From an uncultured bacterium (GTDB taxonomy: Bacteria; Electryoneota; B3-LCP), in contig CAZUTK010000005.1 of assembly GCA_964623265.1 (NCBI GenBank), positions 746 to 64,745 of the forward strand: a stretch of DNA of 64,000 nucleotides, written 5' to 3'. The notes beneath the pieces were generated by a model that was not told the origin of the DNA, made no database searches, and saw nothing but the letters and a program-made list of their open reading frames with translations. Numbering within the stretch: position 1 is the stretch's first letter; each line of letters begins with the position of its first letter. Positions 48,259-57,860 of this stretch are shown piece after piece. Both the position numbers and the translations under genes were made by a program.

Positions 48259-48700
48259 TGTGAATTGCGTCGAGAAATGGGATATAATCTCTTGCATCTT
48301 CGAAACGCACTGAAGGGGGAAAAAACGGCGGATCTTCACGGAAAAGCCCTAAAGGATTGATAAAATTCAACTACACCTTGCTTCAAGGATGATTTGCAAT
48401 TAAAAACGATTCTGATGGTATTCCGGTTGATGATTCTGAAAAGCTGGATGGACGGATTCTCCACTAGTCGGTCTGATCTCGCCGAATAGGCAGCCGGCTC
48501 CGATGCCTCGATGGAAAAAATCAACGGTAAGCCGCAACGATTCTGCAAAAAAGGCGTATTTTTATCGAAACCGGATGATGCCGGCGTTTGGCAGTGCGGA
48601 CACCCGGCTAAGCGAATATGAAATATTGGGATTTGATGAGCCTGTTCACACTCAAACGAGTCACGTCGCGTATTTCAAACGCTTTAGAAACGGAGAAAGA

Positions 48701-50491
48701 ATGCCAGGTCTGTTGGGATTGAAGAGCCTGGATGGGCGACCGGCGGAGCCGGAGGTATTTGAGGCGGTTGTTCAGGAGGTTTTATCTCGAGGACCGTTCC
48801 GGCTCGATTCCTTCGCGGCTTCGGAGGGCACCTTCAGAGCGGCTCGGGCGCATCAGGGGATATTCAATCCTGCGCCTCAGCCGATCTTTTCTGAAGACCG
48901 GGATATTGCGTTGTTCTTGAGCGGTGAGGTGTACAATGAGGATTTCGATGCGAACGATCAGCCCCGCTCGGTCCTGCGAGCCTATCAGCGGGAAGGCGCC
49001 GGACTCTTTTCGAGGATCAACGGTTCTTTCGCTCTGGCGATCTGGGAAGCGAAGAAGCAGCGCCTGACGCTGGTGGCGGATCGCGTGGCGTCGGTTCCCG
49101 TCTATTACACCATTCATCGGAATCTATTCGCATTTTTTCCGAATTTGAAGCCGTTTCTGACGTTGCCCGGCTTTCAGCCGAAAGTGGATCCGCTGGGGGT
49201 GGAGAACTTCCTTTCCAGCGGCTTCATGATCAACGGGACGACGCTGTTAAGCGGGATCCGCAGCCTGCGCCCGGGCGAAATGCTGGTGGTGGAAGGAAAT
49301 CGGATCCGAATCGAGCGTTACTGGCATTTTTCGTTTCCGGCGCAGCGCGATCTGCGCGATCCGCGGGAAATCGAACCGGAATTCTCCCAGGTGCTGCGCA
49401 GCGCAGTCCGAAGGCAATCGCGCCATCTGGATTCGTACGCGGTAACGCTCAGCGGAGGGTACGATTCGCGCTCCATCCTGTTCTATATGAATATGGAAAA
49501 CGGCGCAAGACCGCTGCGCACCGTCACCTGGGGCGTAGATGAACGGGTTCCGGACAGCGACGCCTGGATCGGGCGGCGGCTGGCGGAACATTTAGGGACG
49601 AATCACACCTTTCTGACTTTGCGGGGGGAGATGCTTCCGGATTTTCTGGAAGAGTTTGTGCGCTACGATGAGGGGCGCACGGATGCTGTGGGGAATTATC
49701 CGGAAGGATTGCGCATTTTCTGGCAATTGCGCCACGATTTGGGGATCCGAGTGCTGATCCGGGGGAATGAGATTTTCGGCGCTCGCGGCAAGGTGTATCG
49801 GGAGAAGGACACCATGCACACCGCCTTTATGGACGTCTTGAGCTGTTATCCGAAGAGCTTCCGATACCTGAAGCCTTCGGTTTATCGAATGCTGGAAGAG
49901 ATCGGGCAGCAGCAGATGAGAGCGTTGCACGATGCGTGTCCGTATGCGGATCCCACAGATCGAAAGGATTATTTCTTTATGACGCTGCGCTGTTCCGGGT
50001 ATCAGAGCCCGTTGACGCAGCTGAAACGACAGGTCATCGAAGAGCGCAATCCCTATCTGGATAATGAGGTGGTTGACTATGTGACGCGCATTCCGGCGCC
50101 GCTGAAAATCTGGAAGAACTTTTTTATGCAAACGGTGCGGAATCAAATTCCCGGCTTTACGGATGTGGGATTCTCCAAGGTTGTAAGCTTGGTGGACTGG
50201 GACGCACGTTTTCGCAGCGACCGTCGTTTGCAGGATATGACTCGGCGCATTCTAATTGAAAAGCATAACGGATTCGATGAAATCATAGATTCAGTGAAGC
50301 TGCGCGATTTTGTCGAACGCTCTTTTCGGCCGGTGAAAATCAACCGCAAATCCCTGGGGCGCAGGATCATTAGGAAAGTGCGGCAGCGGTTCGACCGCTA
50401 TGATTTGGAATTCAGCCTGGAGCTCTTCCGGCTGATGATCCTGAAGATCTGGGCGGATCAGTTTTTACGGGGCGATTTCAAGATTGATTGA
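48701..50491 (+). CDS. Asparagine synthetase B-like ATP-pyrophosphatase that lacks the glutaminase nucleophile Cys (lasso-cyclase / beta-lactam-synthetase-like).
   Basis: Starts 'MPGLLGL' where class-II amidotransferases have 'MCG'. PP-loop 'LSGGYDSRSI'. Paralog of 50665..52491. Start chosen at ATG 48701 with RBS 'ggagaaag'. Confidence 0.6.
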   Translation: MPGLLGLKSLDGRPAEPEVFEAVVQEVLSRGPFRLDSFAASEGTFRAARAHQGIFNPAPQPIFSEDRDIALFLSGEVYNEDFDANDQPRSVLRAYQREGAGLFSRINGSFALAIWEAKKQRLTLVADRVASVPVYYTIHRNLFAFFPNLKPFLTLPGFQPKVDPLGVENFLSSGFMINGTTLLSGIRSLRPGEMLVVEGNRIRIERYWHFSFPAQRDLRDPREIEPEFSQVLRSAVRRQSRHLDSYAVTLSGGYDSRSILFYMNMENGARPLRTVTWGVDERVPDSDAWIGRRLAEHLGTNHTFLTLRGEMLPDFLEEFVRYDEGRTDAVGNYPEGLRIFWQLRHDLGIRVLIRGNEIFGARGKVYREKDTMHTAFMDVLSCYPKSFRYLKPSVYRMLEEIGQQQMRALHDACPYADPTDRKDYFFMTLRCSGYQSPLTQLKRQVIEERNPYLDNEVVDYVTRIPAPLKIWKNFFMQTVRNQIPGFTDVGFSKVVSLVDWDARFRSDRRLQDMTRRILIEKHNGFDEIIDSVKLRDFVERSFRPVKINRKSLGRRIIRKVRQRFDRYDLEFSLELFRLMILKIWADQFLRGDFKID

Positions 50492-50664
50492 CGGAGATTT
50501 TGAATTAAAGAAATGATAGATAAGGGGCTGGAGAAGTACCGGTTACTGTTGCGGGCGTTGAATTGTTGAACAGGCTCGCCGCGATGAGAATGTATTGATT
50601 TATGTATTGTGAAGTTAGTGCGGCGAGTAGAGGTAAGTGAATCCTTTAGGAGGGTGAGGAGTAG

Positions 50665-52491
50665 ATGCCCGGACTTCTAGGGCTCCTGCAGTTTGGGGGA
50701 AAATCAGCGGAAGATGTTGGATTTCAGGATTGGCTTCGTGATTTCACCGGCAAATACGGCGGAGCAGTGGATCAGTTGTCCTCACGGGACGGCACTTTCA
50801 CGGCGGCGCACATCCGCAGGATCGGATTCAGCGCGCCGACGCATACCGCCGTTTCCGAGGATGGACGAACTCTTCTGATCTGGGATGGGGAAGTCTACAA
50901 CGAGGAGTTCCGATCGCCGGATTCGACCCGGACACTCCTCGATGCCTTCGCCTGCGAGGGTGCGGGGCTGTTCGCGCGCTTGAACGGCAGCTTTGCGATG
51001 GCGTTCTGGGAGGAAGAGCCGCGACGACTCACCTTGGCAGCAGACCGCGCCGCATCCCTGCCGATCTATTACGCGAAAGACCGCGATCAATTCACCTTTT
51101 CCGGACGTCTCAAGCCGTTTCTCCGCCTGAACCACGGCCGATCCGGCATCGAGCTCGGCGCTCTGGCGGATCTCCTCACCAACGGCTATCTATTGCAGGG
51201 GAGGCTCTTATTGGCAGGGGTGCGGGTGCTGGGCCCGGGGCAGGTGCTGCGCGTCCAAGATCAACAGGTTGAGGTGACGAACTACTGGCGATATGAGTTT
51301 GAACCACAACCGGAATCCGCGGACGAGCGACGCTTCGCGGAGGAACTGGCGCGGCTGATTCGGGAGGCGATTGAGCGCAGGCTATGCGGCGAGGGCGACT
51401 TCGGCGTGCTGCTAAGCGGCGGGTACGATTCGCGCGTCATCGCCGGATTTTTGCACCAAATGCGGCGCAACGGATCTATTCGCACCATCACCTGGGGGGA
51501 AGATGAGAGCACACCGGAAACGGACGCCTTCATTTCGCGAAGAATCGCCGAGCATCTGCGGGCGAAGCATACCTTCTTTCGGTTGAACGCGTCCGCTCTG
51601 CCGCATCATTTCCGCGATTTTGTCATCCTGGATGAAGGGCGCACCGACGCCGTGGGCAATTATCCGGAATCCCTGCATATCTTTGAACGGATTCGCAACG
51701 AACTGCGCCTTAACGTTCTGTTTCGCGGAGATGAGTGCTTCGGCTGGCGGGAGGATGTCTCCAGCGAATTAGAAGCCCTGCACTCGCTCAATATCCACGA
51801 TCTGCAGCACCTGCCGGATGCTTACCTCTTTTTGACACCGGTCTTCCGCAAAAGATTGGTGGAAATCAGCCGCGCGCAGCTGCAGAACCTGTGTGCGGAA
51901 TGTCCCTACGACCATCTGCACGACCGCAAGGATTATTTCTATTTCACTCAGCGGCTCTTCGGCTATCTGAATCCGCTCTCGCAGCTGAAACAGCAGGTGA
52001 TTGATCTTCGCAACCCCTATCTGGATAACGACTTGCTCGATTTTATTCGGCGGATGCCGCGGCAGATGCGGCTGGGCAAGAAGTTGTTCAAAGCCGCGGT
52101 GCGGGCGATGTTTCCTGAATTCGAACCCTTCGGCATTGCCAAGAATTCAAATTTGATTGACTGGCATGATCGTTTGGGGGTGGATCCCGCGTTGCAGGAG
52201 TATGTGCGGCAGGTATTGCTGGGCCGAGAGAACGGCTTGGATGAGGTGTTGGACCGCGGCAAGCTGGAGCGTTTCATCGCGGACAGTTTTTCCGAAGCAG
52301 CGAGAACCGCGGGAAATCAGCCGGCGGGCCGAGTTCCCATTGTCGCCCGCGTGCGCCGCAAAGTCCGGCGCCAGTTCGGTTACTTCGAGCTGCGCCTGGA
52401 GATTCAGCTGTTCCGCCTGATGTTATTGAAGCTCTGGGTGGATGAATTCTTGAACGGGGAATTTCGTTGGAATGAATCCGAAATCGGATGA
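50665..52491 (+). CDS. Second asparagine synthetase B-like paralog, also without the N-terminal Cys.
   Basis: Starts 'MPGLLGLLQFGG'. PP-loop 'LSGGYDSRVIAGFL'. Collinear with the upstream paralog along its full length. RBS 'ggaggg'. Confidence 0.6.
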   Translation: MPGLLGLLQFGGKSAEDVGFQDWLRDFTGKYGGAVDQLSSRDGTFTAAHIRRIGFSAPTHTAVSEDGRTLLIWDGEVYNEEFRSPDSTRTLLDAFACEGAGLFARLNGSFAMAFWEEEPRRLTLAADRAASLPIYYAKDRDQFTFSGRLKPFLRLNHGRSGIELGALADLLTNGYLLQGRLLLAGVRVLGPGQVLRVQDQQVEVTNYWRYEFEPQPESADERRFAEELARLIREAIERRLCGEGDFGVLLSGGYDSRVIAGFLHQMRRNGSIRTITWGEDESTPETDAFISRRIAEHLRAKHTFFRLNASALPHHFRDFVILDEGRTDAVGNYPESLHIFERIRNELRLNVLFRGDECFGWREDVSSELEALHSLNIHDLQHLPDAYLFLTPVFRKRLVEISRAQLQNLCAECPYDHLHDRKDYFYFTQRLFGYLNPLSQLKQQVIDLRNPYLDNDLLDFIRRMPRQMRLGKKLFKAAVRAMFPEFEPFGIAKNSNLIDWHDRLGVDPALQEYVRQVLLGRENGLDEVLDRGKLERFIADSFSEAARTAGNQPAGRVPIVARVRRKVRRQFGYFELRLEIQLFRLMLLKLWVDEFLNGEFRWNESEIG

Positions 52492-52556
52492 GAAACGAAT
52501 CCGGCGGGCGCATCGCCCGCCGGTTTTTTCTCGGGGTCACCGCAAATTGAACGGCA

Positions 52557-53486
52557 TCATTCTGGTTTTCCGTGTTCGAATCTGTAATTAACGCCCAGAG
52601 CGAGCGTCTGGCGGAATCGCCCGCCTGAAGCGATCTGTTTGTCGTACAGCAATTGCCAGGCGAGGCTGACCTGCACGATTTTCGACACCTGGGCGGAAAG
52701 GATGTTGTCCCAGTTGGCGTCCACCTGCTTCCAGTAATCCTCGTAGGGCGTCCCTTCGAGCGTATCCGCTTCGGAATAGAAGAGAGCCTGGAAGATCGTC
52801 AGCTTGGTGGTGTACGTCAGGGTGTTGCTGAGCTTCGCCATCCAGTCCGTCACCCATTCGATGCCGCCGTCGTTGGTGGTGGTGATTTCGGTTTCTTCTG
52901 GGGTGATGCTCAAGACGTCCTTGTTGATCCGCTGACGCAGACCGAACCCGAGGCGGGTCGCGGCTTTGCCAGAAGCGTTCTCGTACAGCGTGCGGGCGAT
53001 GCCGGCGCTTTCCGTCAGATCAATCGGGTTGAGGTAGCGCTTCACTTGCGGGATAGAGGCATCCAGAAACTGCGACTCGAAGGTGCCCGCGGCGTAGGGG
53101 TCCACCCAGGCGCCCAGCGTCAGTTTCCAGACGGTGTCGAAGCGGATTCGATCCGTGGACTTGATCGGAGACGCCCACAATTTGGTCTCCTGGGATTGAC
53201 TGTGGGTCTGTCCGAAGGCGAGTTTGAGTTCGTTTTCCACCCGGATTTTCGGATGGATCTGCTTATTGGCGACGCCGTGGATGTTCGCCGCCCAGGTCAG
53301 CGAACCGACATCGCCGCCCGCCCAGTTGTCGGAGTAGGCGGATTGCGCCAGCGAAAAGTTCGCTTCCAGGAGCGTGTGCCAGAGGCTGGCGTCGGCGGCG
53401 CGAGCTGCGGTGAGTGAACCACAAGCAAAGACGATCATCCAGGCGACGATGTATTGCCAAGCGATGGGGTGTGTCTTGATCTTCAT
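52557..53486 (-). CDS. Putative outer-membrane beta-barrel protein (DUF3078-like).
   Basis: Signal peptide 'MKIKTHPIAWQYIVAWMIVFACGSLTAARA'. Trp/Tyr-rich alternating strands. Confidence 0.35.
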   Translation of the reverse strand: MKIKTHPIAWQYIVAWMIVFACGSLTAARAADASLWHTLLEANFSLAQSAYSDNWAGGDVGSLTWAANIHGVANKQIHPKIRVENELKLAFGQTHSQSQETKLWASPIKSTDRIRFDTVWKLTLGAWVDPYAAGTFESQFLDASIPQVKRYLNPIDLTESAGIARTLYENASGKAATRLGFGLRQRINKDVLSITPEETEITTTNDGGIEWVTDWMAKLSNTLTYTTKLTIFQALFYSEADTLEGTPYEDYWKQVDANWDNILSAQVSKIVQVSLAWQLLYDKQIASGGRFRQTLALGVNYRFEHGKPE

Positions 53487-53535
53487 TTTAATCCTCTCCG
53501 GAAAAATCATCGGTGATTGCGGGCGGTGCTCAAAC

Positions 53536-53991
53536 CTATGCGGCTTTTAGATCTGAGGTGCAGTGGGGGCAGCGCACGGCTTGAACGGCGATTTTCGAGA
53601 AACAGAAGGGGCAGTCTTTGGTGTTGGGCGCCGCCGGGGCGGCTTCCTTGCGCTTCAGTTGATTGAGTGCGCGGATCAACAGGAACACGGCGAACGCGAC
53701 GATCAGGAAGCTGATGACGGTGTTGACGAAGGCGCCGAAATTCAGCGTCACGGCTCCGGCGGCTTTGGCGTCCGCCAGAGAGATGTAAGGACCGGCGGAA
53801 GCGGTGCCGCGCTTGAGGACGATGAACAGGTCGCTGAAGTCCACGTTGCCCAGCAGCAACCCGATGGGAGGCATAATGACGTCGTCCACCAGGGATTTGA
53901 CGATGGTGCTAAAGGAGGCGCCGATGATGATGCCGACCGCCATATCCACGACGTTGCCGCGCATGGCGAATTCTTTGAATTCTTTCAACAT
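53536..53991 (-). CDS. mscL: Large-conductance mechanosensitive channel MscL with a C-terminal Cys4 zinc-ribbon-like extension.
   Basis: '[24 protein letters not shown]...[11 protein letters not shown]' is near-identical in pattern to the E. coli MscL N-terminus. The extra C-terminus is '[18 protein letters not shown]'. Confidence 0.85.
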   Translation of the reverse strand: MLKEFKEFAMRGNVVDMAVGIIIGASFSTIVKSLVDDVIMPPIGLLLGNVDFSDLFIVLKRGTASAGPYISLADAKAAGAVTLNFGAFVNTVISFLIVAFAVFLLIRALNQLKRKEAAPAAPNTKDCPFCFSKIAVQAVRCPHCTSDLKAA

Positions 53992-54106
53992 CTCACACCT
54001 CGGGGAATGGATGGGATTCCGTTACCGGTCGTTGAGACGAGAGCAATTTCCGAATGAACGAAGCGAGTGTGCTCTCGCGCGGGACGGGAGCACACTCTTT
54101 CAGGAT

Positions 54107-55501
54107 TTATTTTAAGCGGACGAATTCGATGCGGCGGTTCTTGGCGCGTCCTTCCGGAGTCGCGTTGTCGGCGACTGGATCATCGGGACCGAATCCTTTT
54201 GTCGTCATGCGGCGAGCTTCGATGCCCTTGTCCACCAGCCATTGTTTGACGGCGTCCGCCCGCGCCTGCGAGAGCTTCATATTTGAGGCACGGCTTCCGG
54301 TATTATCGGTGTAGCCGTTGATTTCCACTTCGATCTCGGGATAGGCGGCAAGCGTCTTGTAAACCTGCTGCAGCGTGGGTTCGGATTCCGGCAGGATCTG
54401 CGAGCTTCCCGACTTGAAGAAGATCCCTTCGAGGACGATCTTCACGCCCTTCTCCATCTTGGGTTCTTCTTTTTTCGGTTCGGGCGGAATGTCGTCCTTC
54501 GCGTTCAAAGGATCGGTGCCGCGATCGATCTCGACCTTATCCGCGATTGTCCCGCCGTCGGTATCGGCTTTCAGCGGGTGGGTCTTGTATTGATGCACTT
54601 CGCTGCCGTCGGTCAAACCGTCGCCGTCCGAATCGGGATTCAGCGGGTTGGTCTGGTGCGTCATCCCTTCCGAGTAGTCGTTCAAGCCGTCTTCATCCGT
54701 GTCCGTCTTCAAAGGATTCGTCTTGTATTTCAGGACTTCGTCGCCGTCGGTCAAACCATCGCCGTCGGTATCGGCTTTCAGCGGATCGGTGCGGTGTTGA
54801 TAGTGTTCTTCGCCGTCTTTCAAGCCGTCCCCGTCGGTATCGGGGTTGCGGGGGTTGATGCCCAACTGTTTCTCTTCTTTATCGGTCAAGCCGTCGCCGT
54901 CCCTGTCTCCTTTTCCACCAGACAAGGCGAAGCGCATATTCAGCATGGCGCCTAGATAGCTGTCGTCGTTCTCTTCGTCGCCTTCGATGATCGGATTCAG
55001 GTAATCATTGAAGGTGAAGTGATCCCCCACGCTGAGATCGAAGGCGAGGACGTCATCCGGGCGGTATTCCAAGCCGGCGCCGAAGGGGATGAAAGGCGTC
55101 CAACCGGTCAATTCCGCACCTTCCAGGAGCACTTTCGGCTCTTGACCTACGTCGTAGTAGAGGATCCCTCCGCCTGCGTAGATGAAGGGATACCATTTCC
55201 CCTGCGTCACGGGGCAGAGGCGAAAACGGAAGTCGATCGGGATCATATCCGTGCTGAAGGCGGTCCCGCTGATCCGCGCCAAACCCGCGCCGAAGTCACC
55301 CTGCAGAGAATTCAGTAGGGGGAAGGCGACGAAGGCGCGCATTTGGGGTTCGATGGGATAGGTGTCGGATTCGTTCAATCCGATCGTGCCGCCGCCACCG
55401 ATGCCGATTTCCACGCCGCGCTCGCGATACTGCGCGTCCGCGTTCGACAGGATCAAGATCGGCAGAAGGCATAACAGCAGAGCGAAGGCTACCACTTTCA
55501 T
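54107..55501 (-). CDS. OmpA-family outer-membrane protein with thrombospondin type-3 Ca-binding repeats.
   Basis: Signal peptide and N-terminal barrel. Repeated 'DTDGDGLxDGxE' motifs. C-terminal OmpA domain 'NTGSRASNMKLSQARADAVKQWL...RRIEF'. Confidence 0.8.
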   Translation of the reverse strand: MKVVAFALLLCLLPILILSNADAQYRERGVEIGIGGGGTIGLNESDTYPIEPQMRAFVAFPLLNSLQGDFGAGLARISGTAFSTDMIPIDFRFRLCPVTQGKWYPFIYAGGGILYYDVGQEPKVLLEGAELTGWTPFIPFGAGLEYRPDDVLAFDLSVGDHFTFNDYLNPIIEGDEENDDSYLGAMLNMRFALSGGKGDRDGDGLTDKEEKQLGINPRNPDTDGDGLKDGEEHYQHRTDPLKADTDGDGLTDGDEVLKYKTNPLKTDTDEDGLNDYSEGMTHQTNPLNPDSDGDGLTDGSEVHQYKTHPLKADTDGGTIADKVEIDRGTDPLNAKDDIPPEPKKEEPKMEKGVKIVLEGIFFKSGSSQILPESEPTLQQVYKTLAAYPEIEVEINGYTDNTGSRASNMKLSQARADAVKQWLVDKGIEARRMTTKGFGPDDPVADNATPEGRAKNRRIEFVRLK

Positions 55502-56111
55502 CTTAAGATTTCCTCCCCTATAGACTATTTTTAAAACGAAATCGCGATGGGTGCGATTTTGTTAATTGTTTCACAATTTTTTTCAGAATTCAGAATGTAA
55601 TGGTGTTCTTTCGCTTTTATGACGCGAGATCCTGCATCCGCAAAGAAGCAGACAGCCGGTCAGGAACGAAATTCGGATGCAAGTGGGAAAGCAGCGCGAG
55701 GTGCGGAAAAATCCGAAGTCAGAAGCTCACGGAAGGATTTTGATGTAATATACATACGCTTCAGGAATAAGTAAAGAGAAATCTTGAAAATAATTTTTTT
55801 GAAAAGAGGCTCCCCAAAAAACGAATCCTCGTTTTCCGGCTGGGCGTCAGCCGGAACTGAAGCCGGTGCGCCGTGTTGTTTCAGCCCACGCTTTCGCCGG
55901 TGCACGAAGGGATTTGCTTCTGACTTTTTGAGCAGCCTCCTTATCCGGTCTGTTTCTCGCTGTCCAAATGACGAAGTGATAGGCTGCGGTACGAGATGCT
56001 GGATTGGGGGAAGCTCGCAACGCGCATCGTGCAATGCGGACTTGACTTTTCGGGGAATCGAGCCTATATTCTACCCATATTTGAGAAATCGTCCATAACG
56101 TCGGAATTCTT

Positions 56112-57752
56112 ATGGATCGCGACTTATCATCCGTGCAGGAAGTGCGGGACTTGCTGGTCCGCGCCGAGGCGACGCTGCCCGCCTTGAAGGAACTCAGTCA
56201 GAAAGACGTCAACCGCATCACCGAAGCGATGGCGGACGCCGGCTATCAGGCGGCGGAGCGACTGGCGAAGATGGCGGTGGAAGAGACTGGTTTCGGCCGG
56301 TACGAAGACAAGGTCGTCAAGAACCGCTTCGCCACCCGCAATTTACTGCAGTATATCGCCTGCTTGAAGACGGTGGGATTTTTGGATGAGGAGAGCCGCG
56401 ACGGCGTTTATCGCATCGCGGAACCGATGGGGGTGGTGGCGGCAATCATTCCGTCCACCAATCCCACTTCGACGGCGCTCTATAAGGGGATCATCGCGTT
56501 GAAGGCGCGCAACGCCATCGTGATGTCACCGCATCCGGCGGCGGTGCGCTGCAGCATCGAAGCCTGCAACGTCCTGTCGGTGGCTGCGGAGCGCGCCGGC
56601 GCTCCGAAGGGGTGCATCCAGTGCATGTCCATTCCGGAATTATCGGGCACTCAGGAGCTGATGCGGCACCCCATCACCAAGGTGATTCTGGCGACGGGCG
56701 GTACGGCACTGGTGCGAGCCGCCTATTCGGCGGGGAAGCCGGCTTACGGCGTGGGACCGGGCAATGTCCCCGCCTTCATCGAACGAACGGCGGATGTGCG
56801 CAAGGCGGTTCAGGACGTCATCGCGTCGAAAACCTTCGATTACGGCACGGTCTGCGCATCGGAACAGTCCCTGATCGCCGACCGGCCGGTGCGGGATGAA
56901 GTAATGGCGGAACTGAAGCGCCTTCACGCGTATTTCTGCAATGAAGCGGAGACGGCGGCTCTGGAGAAGCTGATGATCACTCCCCAAGGAGGCATCAACT
57001 CCGCCGTAGTGGGGCAGCCCGCGGCGCGGATCGCTCAGATGGCGGGATTTCAGGTGGCGCCGCAAACCAGCGTGCTGATCGTCCCTCTTGAAGGGGTAGG
57101 GAAGAAATATCCGCTTTCAATGGAGAAGCTGTCGCCGGTGCTCGCTTTTTACGAGGCGGACGGATGGGAGAAGGGCTGCGAACGCGCCATCGAGGTTTTG
57201 AAGTTCGGCGGTCTGGGGCATACGCTGGTCATCCACAGCCGGGATGAAGCCGTCATCCGCGAATTTGCTTTGAAGAAGCCGGTCTTCCGCATACTGGTCA
57301 ACACCGGAGGGACGCAGGGCGCCATCGGATTGACGACGGGTCTGGAACCCGCTCTGACCCTAGGCTGCGGCACCTGGGGCGGATCCATCACCGCGGACAA
57401 CGTGACGCCGCTGCATTTGATCAACATCAAGCGGCTGGCGTATGAAATCCGCCCCATTCAGGCGCAGGCGGATGCCGGGGATGCGTCGCGAGCGGCGGCG
57501 CAGCGATCCAGGTCATCCGCTGTACCGCAACCCGCCAAACCCGTCCGCTGGCGCTACGACGAGAAGTACCGCTACCGCCCCGCCGCCGAAAAACCTCTTG
57601 CGCCGGAAGTCCGCGCCGATGCTCCCGCTACGTCCGCTCCGCTGCCCGGCGTCGAGGTTCGATACGGATCCACGGGGGTCACGGAGGAGCAGATCGAAGC
57701 ATTGATCCGGGAATTCGTGCGCGGGGGGGGCGAGGAGGGGAAGAAGAGGTAG
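56112..57752 (+). CDS. CoA-acylating aldehyde dehydrogenase (EutE/PduP-like) with a ~100 aa low-complexity C-terminal extension.
   Basis: 'IIPSTNPTST', catalytic 'GTVCASEQS', 'ATGGTALVRAAYSAGKPAYGVGPGN'. The Ala/Pro/Arg-rich tail after residue ~440 is not part of the ALDH fold. Confidence 0.65.
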   Translation: MDRDLSSVQEVRDLLVRAEATLPALKELSQKDVNRITEAMADAGYQAAERLAKMAVEETGFGRYEDKVVKNRFATRNLLQYIACLKTVGFLDEESRDGVYRIAEPMGVVAAIIPSTNPTSTALYKGIIALKARNAIVMSPHPAAVRCSIEACNVLSVAAERAGAPKGCIQCMSIPELSGTQELMRHPITKVILATGGTALVRAAYSAGKPAYGVGPGNVPAFIERTADVRKAVQDVIASKTFDYGTVCASEQSLIADRPVRDEVMAELKRLHAYFCNEAETAALEKLMITPQGGINSAVVGQPAARIAQMAGFQVAPQTSVLIVPLEGVGKKYPLSMEKLSPVLAFYEADGWEKGCERAIEVLKFGGLGHTLVIHSRDEAVIREFALKKPVFRILVNTGGTQGAIGLTTGLEPALTLGCGTWGGSITADNVTPLHLINIKRLAYEIRPIQAQADAGDASRAAAQRSRSSAVPQPAKPVRWRYDEKYRYRPAAEKPLAPEVRADAPATSAPLPGVEVRYGSTGVTEEQIEALIREFVRGGGEEGKKR

Positions 57753-57860
57753 GGAGGTCCCAACGCAGAAGCGTTGGGCTATTATCCGGCGTCCTTGCGG
57801 ACGCTTCTTGACCTCGTTGGGGGTTGATGAGACAACAGCCCAGCCTTTCAAGGCTGGGTT

